A stretch of DNA of 64,000 bases, from contig NW_019091362.1 in NCBI RefSeq assembly GCF_001949145.1, positions 2,778,204-2,842,203 on the forward strand, written 5' to 3'. The stretch's first letter is position 1, and each line of letters opens with the position of its first letter. Made by a program: the position numbers and the translations under genes. Below are positions 45,085 to 58,000 of this stretch, one piece after another. The notes under the pieces are model-generated. The model was not told the DNA's origin. It saw only the letters and a program-made list of their open reading frames with translations, and ran no database searches. The DNA is from Acanthaster planci (taxonomy: Eukaryota).

Positions 45085-48000
45085 CTAAGAACTTTCTGAC
45101 AGTATACAATTCTGGTCTGGTCAGTTGATTTCTGGCTTTGAATATGTTGAAAGAGTCTTGCAAGTTGGTAAAGCATTGAATCTGCACTGCAAGAGTTGGC
45201 CACATAAAGGTAATGCCCTCTAAAATGAGACGGAATGTCCACATTACAGATCCCATCGGGTGCCACATTGCAAAATGTATTCTGGTACAAGTACATTTAC
45301 ACAAATAAAACAGTATGCAGATGAACTGAGGAGTATCCTTACCATACTGATTCAGGTTACACAGTGCCCGCCCTCTCTTGGTTACGCCTAGATTCTACAG
45401 ATTCCTGTTCCAAGAGTCATTTCAACATCTCAACACAGCATATTAACAACTATCTTGATTCCCAGTGTATGTGTGATACAAGGTTTGAGAGAAGCCTAAT
45501 ATGTGTGTATAAACTGTGCCTTTTTTTGTGGGCAGCTTTCAGCTCGATGTGATTGGTTTTCCCAAGAATTGACATGCTTGGCCGTTCTTGTATTCCCAAA
45601 GGAAGTTATCCAAACCGTGGTGCAACTTCCACCTTCAATTTACAATATCCTGGCTCATTGTAAGTGGAAATACCTTCCATTGCAGTGAAATTTAAATTCT
45701 GGTTGTTTAACATTATTTTGTGAGCATATACTTGAATGACTGTTGGTGATTGCAGCATTTCTTAAGATTGTTCATGTGAGCCTGTTATTTTGCAATTTTT
45801 ATTATGTAATTAGTTCAAAGTGCGACTCATGTGATGGTACAAAAACACTGATAAATGGCTTTTTCCCCGCAAAATGGGATCATGGTGTTGAAATAACTAA
45901 TACCCTCTGCATGATAGGCCATTAACCCTCCAACTCGATGACAACCATTAAAATGCTGTGCTCGTGAGAAATTATGATATGGCAGACTGTATATACCCAG
46001 AGTGCAGAAACAAAGGCTTCAAGCATTCCAAATTTGCTACGTGTGTAAAGCCAATAGGTCTGTAAATACACATGGTAGAGATCTGAATGGGCAGACATGC
46101 TACATTATCCCATACAGGTAATTTACCACTTTGGTTAGGCTGTGCAGAGCATAGCAGAGCACAGCAGTGCTGAAACTGTCACCGTCTCAATGCCTTGGGT
46201 TTCTTGGCACATCGTGGAGTCCTCTCACTCTAAGCTGCTCATTGAGCCAGGACGTGACTACAGCACCTTTTTTGTATTTCATAGCATTGATGAAATCAAA
46301 CACAAATCAAATGATCCAAGAAAGTTGAAAGGTCGCATTGTGCCTCCATTTGACGAATCCATTTAGCTTTTCTCTGTATTCATTAGCTCATTCTTACAGA
46401 TAAATCTATTCAGAACTGCTAATCTGTGTTAAAAAGGTTGAAATTGATTACTTGAAGTATGAATCTGTGAGAAGTTTGAGCAAGCTGTGAAAGGGGATTG
46501 CTTCACTCCATCACACTTAAAAAAAGATATACATAGGATGTGGAAATACATGCACTTGCGTGTCTCTGAGGAAAGTTCACATCCTGGGGCCGTATTTCGA
46601 TGGAGATGGATTTACAGCCAGACTTTTTGGGGGTGTTCTGAACTGAAATAACGTTTGTAGTTTCCTCCTTGTTAGGAGCACAGGATCCCCTTCACAACTG
46701 AAATGCTTGGGATTTTTGTAATTAATGAATTATGGGCAACTGGTTGGATTGTTCTTGCTTAATTGGCATGTCGTAGCTTAACAGATGTAAGCTTTTCTTT
46801 TGAAGTGCAAGGAGTGTTTTTTTTGTTTTTGTGTTGTAGCTGAAATGCCTAAAGTCATTTTTGTGAGTGGAGTTGGCTTGATATTGTAATAGTGTGGGTG
46901 CATTCCAAAGTCTTATTTGTGGTGTACAAGGTCACATGCTTCTATAAGAAATGACACAAACCTTCCAACCAGTGGCTTCCATGTGTCAACCGCAGACCGA
47001 AATTTTCAAACGTACATGTACATGTAGCCAGTAGATTTCGGCACGTCATTCTTCTCGTTTCTACAAATCATTTAATGACGCCCTACAAAGTTTAGCCAGA
47101 TAAATGCTATTTGTGTAGATACGCCGTGGGAAGGCAAGCAAGAAACAGCAAATTGGACTGCCAGAGGTCATGAATGAAGTTGGTTACGATTGGCCCTTGT
47201 ACATTTTCAATTCGGGTTCTTTAATGAAAGACACTTGTGCTGCTCTCTTTTTCAGGCTAAGAAATATTATCAGCCTCATCCGTTTTTGTTAACCTCTCAA
47301 AGCATTGCTATTTCTAAGGATGTCTTTATACTGAGCGACAAATTCCTGTCAACTGTCAATTCTCTGTGGAACACGCAAAATGACACAAAGAGAAACACGT
47401 ACTATGGGTGTAATTTTACTTTATTTACACACACTGCCTCATTTTTAATGTCCACAAAGGAACAGAAAATGTAACTCAATGTAGAAAACGTTCATTGAAA
47501 ATGTACACTTTAGATAAACGTTCAACCAAGCACTGGTGAGTGGTAAAGAATCATGTGCAATCATGAATTTTTCTTGTCTACGCTAGGTTTTTACCAAATC
47601 ACCTCGATGTGACATAAATGTTACAGCGTACTTTGAAGAAAATAAGGTTTTCCTGGTACACCATTTATCTGAATGTAGCTTTCTTTTTCTGTAACCTTTG
47701 AGAAATTTGGGCAGAATATGTTTAGCCTGGACATGAGGGGATACTCTGAATCCTGATCTCCCATTTCCTGTACTCTTGTGTATTATATTTTGGCACATAG
47801 TTACGTAATCAACCACCACAAGTGCTGATAAAATTTGTGTGAACAGTGGGAGACTTTCATTAATTTTTATATTGCTATTTTGGAGAGAAAAAAAAATAAG
47901 ATTGCTACCAAGTGACTTGACAACAAATGTAAAAACAAAATTGTGTAAAAATGCATGGTTTAGGAGTTTAGTTGAAACTGTTTACTCACATTATTTGGCC

Positions 48001-51000
48001 ACAAGGCTAGGATCTGCACTTTTTCATGAAAGAATAACCTTTTACTCCAAGAATAAAACAAAACGGCTACGACAGCATCAATTTAACTGCTTACAGTTTT
48101 TTAAGCATAAAATTATGAAACATCAACAGATTGAACGTAAACATAAAAATATCACCATTGCATTTACACCACAGAGTTTCCCCCCATTCAAACAGTGAAT
48201 TGGGGGAAAAGTAAAAAAAAAATAAAAAAAAAAAAATCGGTATTTACAAGACGCATCTTAAAATAAGAATGTCGTGTAAAAACAACCGAGGAAGCACAGG
48301 AAAAAATCTGGAGAACCGTTTCTACTCCAGTCTATCATAGAGTTAACACAATCATTACAGTGTCATGAAGGGAAACGTTAAAAGTTATGGCAGTCGGCTA
48401 CTCATAAACTACATGCATAATCATTTTTTTTTTTCTCGGAGGCAGAATCCACTGGAATACAACGTGTCTAAAAATTTCTGGTATGGTCAGTGGGTCCGAG
48501 AACTCGCGACATGGATGCCCAATTTGGAATACTAAGAGCCCGATTAGAGAAGCAGGCTGTTCTCACTACAAACGTTTGATCTATGCAGGTACGAGACCAG
48601 CTTGTTAGCGCTGAAAACAACCTGTGTGTCAAGGGGAGCATTCTGAAGGAGACTGGAGCTTTTCCAAGTTTGGAGATGACTGTAATCTCCAAATGGCCCT
48701 CAATTTGAAAACTTTCCGTGTTTCACCCCTGACTTTTAGAGAAAAACTACTGCACAAACTACAGTCTTACCAGAATGGGCAGGAAAATGACCTACCCCTT
48801 CAAAGTGTTGTACCTGCTGGTCCAAGCCAGCTCAGATCAGCTCCTTTAATCTGGTTAACCAAACCACCCCCCCCATATCTTTAAACAACAACCCCCCAAA
48901 AAGACTTAATGCATGACACTCCTTTTAAATCATGTACTTGTGATAAGTAAACCTCTTCAATGTTCATGGGAGTCTTTGCAATATCTACTTACGGTGACTA
49001 ACCCTGGCAAAGCAAGAGACAAGAAAAACGAAAATCTCATCACTGAGATTATATACACACACTGCCTTCAATCTACATGCAGAAAACCTGTTTTCCATGT
49101 TATCCTAACATGGTTGCCTGTATACAATAAAGCCATCCATAACCAGAACACGGGTTATGGGGGAAAAAATATAATCTGTATCAGAAAACATATACACCAT
49201 GCATTATCTGATCTGTCCAAACCAAGCAGAATTTTCTTCTGCATCCTCTGGTGTGTGGAGGGTTTGTCTTCTATTTCTGGAATGTTTGAAATCAGACTTG
49301 AGAAGTTGAAGGTCGGTTAAGGTCCAACAAATGATCAGCATGCAAAGCTCTCAGAAATTCAGACCCCAAAATGATGAACATGTTACAGGAGGAAAAGCAA
49401 GGCAGTCTGGTGATGTTCATCTATATCCATTACAAAAGTACAGTGACTTACTTGGGAACCAGACAAAAATGATCTTTCACCTCACTGTTTTGCACATAGC
49501 TGTATATCCCCAAGACTAAATGAACTGGGATGCTTTTTTTTGTCTGAAACGCCTGGTTGCAGACAGATCAGAACTGCACTACACAGAGAAACAATGACCA
49601 CTACAAATCTGGTGAAAACCCTAGGCAGCACGGTTGTTCAGCAGCATAACTGGCCAAACTAGACCACATTCCATCAGTGATCATTTAGCCAAAAAAAAAC
49701 ACTGGTCGATTTGGCCCGGGACATAGTCTGTGCACAGGTCAACAAACGGTTGCAGATCAAACTTGGCCTGAGATGTCCCTCGACAGTTTTCCCATAAGTG
49801 ACACACCGTCACTAAGTCTAAGTTTCAAGACAAGTGGCATATCTGACATCACTTATTCTTCCCCATGTCATTCGGGTTCTTTAGTTCGGTTGATAAAAGG
49901 GTATAACAGGTTAGTTTGGGTAATTTGGTTTTATCTGTTAATCACAGATACATATTGCTGTTAATTTGGATACAAAAAGTTGTTTACAAGAGGACACTAT
50001 CAATTTGCAATGCTACAAGTTGGTCCTCACGGGGGATTTGGAGGAGCATTCACATACAATAGTAAGAAAGTGCATAGGTGCTTCTACTCTATAAAAACGA
50101 CAGAAATGGAAAAGCAGTCGACGTAGAAAAGAAAACTCTATATAAAGACCGCACCTCGGATTAAAACGGGACACTACATTTGGCACCGGGTCTAAAAATT
50201 AATCATGTTAAAGAACAAAAAAAAAAAAAAAAAAGTGGGGGAAATGTAACTTACATCGTTTTGATTTTCCATTCATATATTAGCATTATCAACATTGGCA
50301 TTCTTGAGACAATCAGTTTGTCTTGGTGAATTTGTACTTACATTCTGTGGCTGTAACAGTTAAAATTCATTCGATTATGTACAAGTCTTAAAGAGCCCCA
50401 ACCACAGCAAATGAATTGTTTAAAAAAGAAAAAGATATTAGACTCTTACTGTAATACCTATTATCACACCGAGACATTCAAACTTCTGCTCTGCCATTTT
50501 GTATGCTAAAACTATGTTGCATATTAAAACCAAAACCCCACCATTATTCTCTACTGTGTGTGGAAGTACCAACTCTACAGTGGGGGACTGTTTTTTGTTA
50601 CGAATAGTGCCCTCTGTTGGTATACAAGTCTGAAAAACCTATCCCTCTGGCTGATGACTTGGTTAGGGCTAATTCAGGCTATTCAGATGAAGGGGGTGGG
50701 AACGTGAGTTAGAGATGATTTTTCCTGCCCAGGGAGGGAGGACAAACTTGGGGCAGGGTGCCAGACCAGTATGGGCCATTGTGGGTGACTGGTTGAATGT
50801 TTGCAGGAGGTTTAAGACAGCAGTGGCCTTTGGCAAGCCTCATTTCTAGCACTGAAATGTAAGCAGCTGGGACAGAGTGTGTGCAGCATTGGAAAGTTAC
50901 CCCTGCATGCTTCAGGCAGATATAAGCACAGCTTCCACATGACCCGACAGGTTAGCCCTTGCCACTGAAAACTTGAAGTAAACTGAGTCTGGCGCCCTCC

Positions 51001-51813
51001 AGCAGTCAGTAATGGTCAACTACATGTGCTCAGTGTGCCTGGGACTTAACAGTACTTTCTTCTCCATGATCTTTACGTAACTCAAATTCCACGAACAGTG
51101 TCTAGCTCCCGGGAAAAAAGATCGCTTGGCATCCTGATGCTGTGAAATTCACTCTGGGGCCCTCCTGTGGCCAGTCATGGATGAACAAAAGTTTCATTAG
51201 AACATCACCATGTGCTTTGGGCTTTGGCCTCGAAATGTACAACTTGTGGTGTCCCTCGCAGATCCTTAATGCAAGTCAGGTTGAGAAGAGTGCCCTCTGG
51301 AGTTGACCCTTGCAGATTCAGGTATAAAACGAGAGAGAAGAACTACTCACATGTATGGTGCACGTAATGAATCCTGCTATTCTGTGGAGACAATTCGAAG
51401 TAGCTCCAATTCAGCCTTTATGTCAAAAATAAAGAAAAAAAAAGGTCCTGCAGGATGTCAGTATAGTTTGTGCCCGGGTCACTGGCGAATTGTACAGAAG
51501 AGCTTTGCGCCAAACCAGTGCTGGAACTTGTGCACTGTCCCGAGATCCAAGCTGATGATGATGCTCATTTTGTGCTGTCCAACTTCACGGCACATCAACG
51601 TCAACACCCACACAGTTTGGTCAGTTGTCCTCCCATTTCAGGTGCAGTTGTCTGGCGGAACATCTACATTTCTAAGTGTGGCTCGTACTCGACACATTGC
51701 TTGAGCCGGTCGTCCTTATACAGATAATCTTGAAGAGTCACTGGTCCCCTGACACACAAATCCCATTCCTGCTACCTACCCAAACCCTACCCCTAACACC
51801 CCCAAAGCATCCG

Positions 51814-52052
51814 TTACTGCACGTCCCAGATCTCTTTCAATAGCGGTGGGATGCGCTGGTCTTTCAGCTTGAGTTGGAACAGTAACTCTGAGTGGCTGTT
51901 GTTCAAGGAGCGCAGTTCGGTGAGTTTCATGAGAACTTTGGGCAGAATCAGGGTCTCTTTGGGCCTCCGTAGTTTCAAGTAAGCCGTCAGCATGTCTAGG
52001 TATTTCTCTTGTGCCTCCTCCACTTTCTCCCGGTCTTCCACACTCGGCCGGT
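51814..52052 (-). CDS. NR1H: NR1H terminal exon: LBD helices 9-12
   Basis: gacag|AC. Encodes [15 protein letters not shown]...KLTELRSL...[11 protein letters not shown], stop TAA. Confidence 0.95.
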
Positions 52053-55000
52053 CTGTCATTGATATCGAAGAAAAAACCCCCAAAACAGAATCTGTTTAGC
52101 TGAAATGGATCAAACTAAGAATTATGACAATAAAGAATCGTTCCCACAGTACTGAACACATGAACTACTCTGATATGGCAAAGCAACTATTTAGCTTGTA
52201 AGGTGACACTTGCTTTTTTCACTCTGTCATTTTTACCTCTCCTCTTTGTTGTAGTGCACAAGTTTGTTCAGCATGGATGGCAAATAAAGTTGCAAGGTCC
52301 GCGTCACGACAGTGAATAAAAATTGTCCCGTTGTCCAAAATGTCCATTTGGCAGGAAAACACCTTGTGCACGCACAGGTTTATGCAGTCGGTGGGTACCC
52401 ACTGATCATCTGTGACCAGTTTTTGTTGGTAGGCACGGTCTTGGTGTGTGCTTGCCATGAGCCAAATGATTTTGCCCACAAGTTTGTCTCTTCTGAGCAA
52501 ACTGGGGCTTTCAGAGTAATCTAAGGCAATCGCATGTATATTAATCAAATAATGCTACTGTGTAGCAACAGGGTGTAGTATGTTATATGAGCAGTTCTTA
52601 TGATGAATGCAGTGATGTAACATTTTGGAATCATCTATGCATCAAGCAGGATGGGTTGTTTATAAATAACAGCGACAAGGTGGTACGTTCCCCCCAAAAT
52701 TAATTGGATGCTTTGACTAATGGAAAGATAAGAACCTTCGGTACCTGAAGAGAGTATGGTGATTGCCATCAACAGGACATACTCAGCGTAATCTAGGTCC
52801 AGCTCTGACATGCTGCGGGCAAAGTTGTACATGGGGTCCACCAGGTCGCCGATGCCGCCTTCCTGCAGCTGCTTGCGGGTGTAGGGCTGCTCGTTGCCAA
52901 ACATGATGGCATCCTGCTCCCGGTCGTATCGCAGTGCCGTCCTCAGCAGCATCACCTCGATGGCAGAGCCCTGCCCCCAACCATATCAAAATGGACTGAG
53001 TGACACTGCCACAGTGAAACCAAAGCAAGGCTGCACTTGCAAAACAAAGCGACTTGCCAGTCCAAACTCGCTTTCAGCTCAGCCATGGACATGCACTGCA
53101 TCAGTGTGGTCTCTTGAGCATAACGGCAAAAGGCCACACTATACATGTACCTTTTGTTTGCTTTCTCGTTAACAACACCCATTGCTCATTGGACAACTCA
53201 ACTCACTTTATCAAAGCATGCTTTCACTGCAGTCTAAGCAACAACAGATTACCAGCTAAAATACCAAGTACTGTAATCTGTGTGCAACTGGTTCCAACAT
53301 GTTTTGTTTTACAATAGAATTGGCTGAGTGTTTTTTTTTTCTGCCAAGATGTTCCACGACATCACATGCAAGTATTTGTCAGTGCATTAGTCGAACTGTA
53401 AGCAATCGCAACTTTATAATGGTCATCACTGTCCTTTCAAGACAAAAAATTGGAAGTCACATATAGCTGGAACAAATTCCATCAAAGTTTGATATTTTTT
53501 TTATAAGTAAGAAATACTTGCTACATTCCCCTGGAATGATTCTTTCCAAACAGACTTCTTTGAGGGTAATCTTCACTCATAACAGTGCTTGTCAAATAAG
53601 AGATTGAAACCCAATCAGCATGGTTGCCCTCAGTGGAGTCTGAACCATGGCCCCATCAGAAAAAGACAGGGCAGGACACCATCACAGCACAGTCCCCCTC
53701 AGGCACCCTTGTCTTCCCCCCTCCTCCAGAAAATTGGGCACCTGCCTACCTTCAATAAGACAATCTGGTCCTCCCTGCCAAGGCCCAGGAAGTCTGGTAT
53801 TCTCTTGCTGAACTCCACTATCAGTTGTATAGTCAGGATGGTTAGCTCTGTGATGTGGGCAAACCGCAGCTGAATATCTTCCGTCCCATCGTCGCTCCCC
53901 TGACAAAGTCAAAGTCAACAGGAAAGAGAAAAATTACCGAGACAGGAATTAATATCTGTGGATTTGTTGGAAAGGAAATAACCAAAAGGGACTGTGAAAA
54001 GGCCTTCAAAAAAGGTCACATTTTGGTCTATTCTTGCTATTCTCCGTCAAGCCAAAGTTTGGCACACTTTATTTAGGTGACAACAGTTGAAAGTCCAGTG
54101 TTAAAGCTTTTACCAAAGTCTGTAAGATTAGCAGATTTCTTTAAAGCAAAAATCAGCTGGTAACCAGTCAAAAGCTACTGAGAATGCATGACATTTGGTT
54201 GGTGCCCCACTCTGCTGAGTAATAATTTGCTTTGCCCAGTCAAGTCCTGCCCTTTACCACTCTGTAGGTTATGGCTGTCATGCATGCTTCAGTTGGTCGG
54301 ATGATTTAGTTTGGGTTGACTACAGTAAATTGAAGTGAATGTATGATCGCCGATGCATGAAATAGGTTAATGTATTCAATGAAAATTTCCCAACCCCAAC
54401 TCACCACCACTAAATGAAGTTGAAAAAAGAAGCAGGCAGATGCTGAAGGGGATGCAGCAAAAATAAATTTTAAATATGCAAGGTCAGCCTCATTTGCATA
54501 TAATATGCAAATGAGTTTGATTCCTCTGACAGCACTGACAACCAGGCATATTCTCAGTAGAATGACACTGAAAGTAACTTCTGAACTCTTTCACTGCAAC
54601 CTACAGCAACTTTCAGTGAAGCAAAATCCCCCTAGTAACCAAATTGGTATGCATAAGTCATGCACATTAGGACATAAATATTCAACAGGTCCCTCCTTTC
54701 AATAGGCATCCAGGCATTTGGAGGGTGGGGCTTTCATAGTGGGCGGGCTACTCTTACGTACCCCTCCCGCTCCTTCTGCATATGTCTCTTTCTTCTTGGG
54801 TGGCTTAAGGTTACTTCCCGAGGGGCATTCTCCGAGGCATGCCTGTGTCGACTGCAGAGGAGAACAACAGGGCATGGGGGATTGAAAAACAAGGGGGCCA
54901 CCACACCAAAAAAAAAACACCTCCAACCACCAACTGGCACAGAGACTTAGAGGAAATACCATGGTAACATGGGCCAGAAAGCAACCTTCTGCAATACTGA

Positions 55001-58000
55001 CTGTACAAAGGCCGGCCAGAATAGGTGGCTTACTGCAGTGGCAAAAAGACAACCTTGCAACATCCAAATCTGAGGGTTTGGATTCCATGTCCGTATTTAA
55101 GCAAAGGTCCCTGGTAAGGCTGATTCATACTTGGTGGTGAAAGAAAACATGAATGTGATTTTGTGAGGATAAATCAAATGTTTGAGCCGTGAATGTGCAA
55201 AGGTAAAACATATTTCAAACTCGACCGAAACTCAGTGACATCAACCAAAATCAAACTTGTTTCCCTTGTGCATTCGCCTGAAGTATCAACCTACCCTTAT
55301 GTAGCAAGTAACCAGCAACACCCTCCTATGGATCCCACGAGTATGGTGCAGAGTGTATGTGACCACTTTTCGTTTGAATGTGCACAAATTACTTCATTCT
55401 TGACATGAGTATTAAGCACACAGCAGCAATCGTAATTGACTCAACCCCTCTCCTTTGGGCTAGAAGGGGGGTATTTGTGCATGCAGCCTAGTGCAGTGAC
55501 TTTACATTCTATCTAAGGATTATACCCCTCCAGTATATTAGAAAGGAAAGAATGGTACTCAAAGCTTGACACGATCGATAAAAACTGAGTGGAAAGAAAA
55601 CAAATTAAAAGACCACAGACACAAACGACGATCTAACTTGGTGGAAAGTGAGAGTAAGGCATATTCTAGAGGGTGCCGGCTTGCTCAATTTGTGCAATAC
55701 TGATTGGTTGGCCAGATGTCAATACGCCATATTGCACCAATATGTTAGAAGTAATTGTAGGCATATATCAGACCTGCCAACCCAGCAGTACTCCATCTTG
55801 AGGTCAGGCATTACCACACAATAGATTAAAAGGTATTTCAATGAACCTTCAATTCATTTAAAATTTTATTCTATTGTGTGGTAATCCCTGACCCCAGGAA
55901 GGAGGACAGCATGTTGGCAGGTCTGATATATTTCGCGGCTCTTCTGCTCACAGGTTTCGTGAAATAGACACAAAAATCATGTTTGACAGTGTTGGAAACT
56001 GTGCCTACAGGACTGCGTGGCTTTCTAAACCTTATCACTGTAAACAGAAAAAAAACAAACACAACAAAAACAAGCAATAGAAGAACTCCATTTGACATTA
56101 GCAAAAAAGGCTAAATTGGCACTAATCCAGCTTCAATTCAGGCAGCAGGCTGTAAATGAAGAAATCGTCAACACAAGGAAATGAAAGTCATCTCCCACAA
56201 ACAGTTCACCGGTGTCAAGACAGTGCCTTTTGGTTTTCGATTGCAACCTAACTGCATGAAATTATTAAATTACAATGTAGCCGTATATGTAAGGTACTAA
56301 TGAAAATATGGGACAAAATTAGCAAAAATTACTTACATCTTCCTTGCCCTGCTCTTCCATCCATGGCTGAAAGACAAAATAAGGTACATTGTTGCCAACA
56401 TGAAATTGAAAGATTTTGCTGGAAAAGCATCTTTACAACATTCCAATGACATCAGCTTCCAGGAGAGAGATAAATTGCAAGAAACTCCAAAATACAAATT
56501 TCACGTAACAAGTGACCGCTAGTTGAAATTTGACATTGTGGAACATTCATGACAACAACGACTTAACGGATTTTGTTCTTGTCCATAATAGCAAACTTGA
56601 TTGGGTATTGGTTGTGAATTCACTTCACTTCAATAAAGTAGTCAAAAGATGCCTTACATCAGAAACACAATGATTTTTTGGTTTCGTTTTCAGTGCAGCT
56701 GTTAGTAGATTCTACCAAAATGCTCACTTCGCTACAGCAATGCCCCTGGAGTAACCTTTTACAAGGTTTCCATGGCAAAGTCTGAACAGGAACATCCAAT
56801 AAATCATATCTGGTAACATGTTGTCATCTGAGGCCTCCCAAAAACAGACAGGGAAGTTTTGTGAAAGCATAAGCTTGCCAGTTTTACTGTAAGGACTTTG
56901 GTATTTGGGTGTTGGGGCTCTCCTCCTACTAGATTCCTTTCATTTCATAAGTCTTTTCACAAGACCTGTAACAGGTCCTTTCGTAAGACCAGTCACAAGT
57001 AAATGGGTAAACAGTGACAAAAGAAGAGCCTTTCAGTTTATTTGAGTAGTTTGTGATTCTCCTAGTGACTGGATGGCCTGTTACGGACTTGTAGGGACTT
57101 GCGATGAGCATGAAACTATCCAATATGCAAGAACAGCTCGTACTGCACTTTTACGAACAGATCTGTTACAAGAGGTCACAACTGAAATCAGACTAAAATG
57201 CGAGAGGACGGGAAATGTTACAAATGGACAGCTTTCAAACTGTCTGTGACTCACTGTTAAACTCTTCAAGTCTTCTGGCCCGGGGACCTCCAGGTCCTTG
57301 TGCGCCGTGACCAGCCTCTCGATGATCTCCCGCTGCTCCTCAGTGAGCATGGGGCTCTCGTCTTCGCTCTGCTGGGGGCTCATGCCGGCCTGAGCCTGGG
57401 CTTTCCGCATCATCTTGCGTTGCCGCTTGGACTTGCATTGCTCTTCCGTTAGCAAGCCTGCACCGGAGAGGATCGAAGAGTTAATTTTGGGGAAACTTCT
57501 TCAACTATCCAGCTACTAAAACTGCATTATATCCTCCAAGCAGCAGCAGACTTTTATCACTATTTTGAGGAAAGTTGCAAAACTAAATCTTCATTTACTT
57601 CTTGGGTGACATGGGAGGCCAGTGCATAAAACACTTGTCTTTCACTATCGTGAACCGGGTTCGATTCCCAGTCCAGGCCATATGTGAGTAGAGTTGTCCT
57701 TTGATTCTTCCCTCAGCCACTTGTAGTTTTCCTTCAGGTTCTCTGGTTTTTAAATGAACACTTCCGATATCTGGTTGTGTTCTACAGTTAGATATGGGCC
57801 ATCTGGTAGCCAGCTAAGAAAGCTTTACATGCCTTCCGCTTGACCACGTTATAGCTTCATCCTTCGTAATTCAGCCTTGTGGCTATGAAGTCAGGATGAT
57901 TACCGCAAAACAAAACAATTCATACGCAAAACTGGATGTCTCGATAGGATACCTGTCATTGGAGTGGTACTAAAGGTCCTCACAGCAGTCACATGATTTT

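Noticed and set aside
44828..45304. 158-aa minus-strand ORF with internal repeat
   Set aside because: Product of the 111-bp tandem duplication in the putative 3'UTR; no protein-like features.
57604..57680. tRNA gene
   Set aside because: B-box present but no cloverleaf; it continues into a SINE body shared with 15474-15760.
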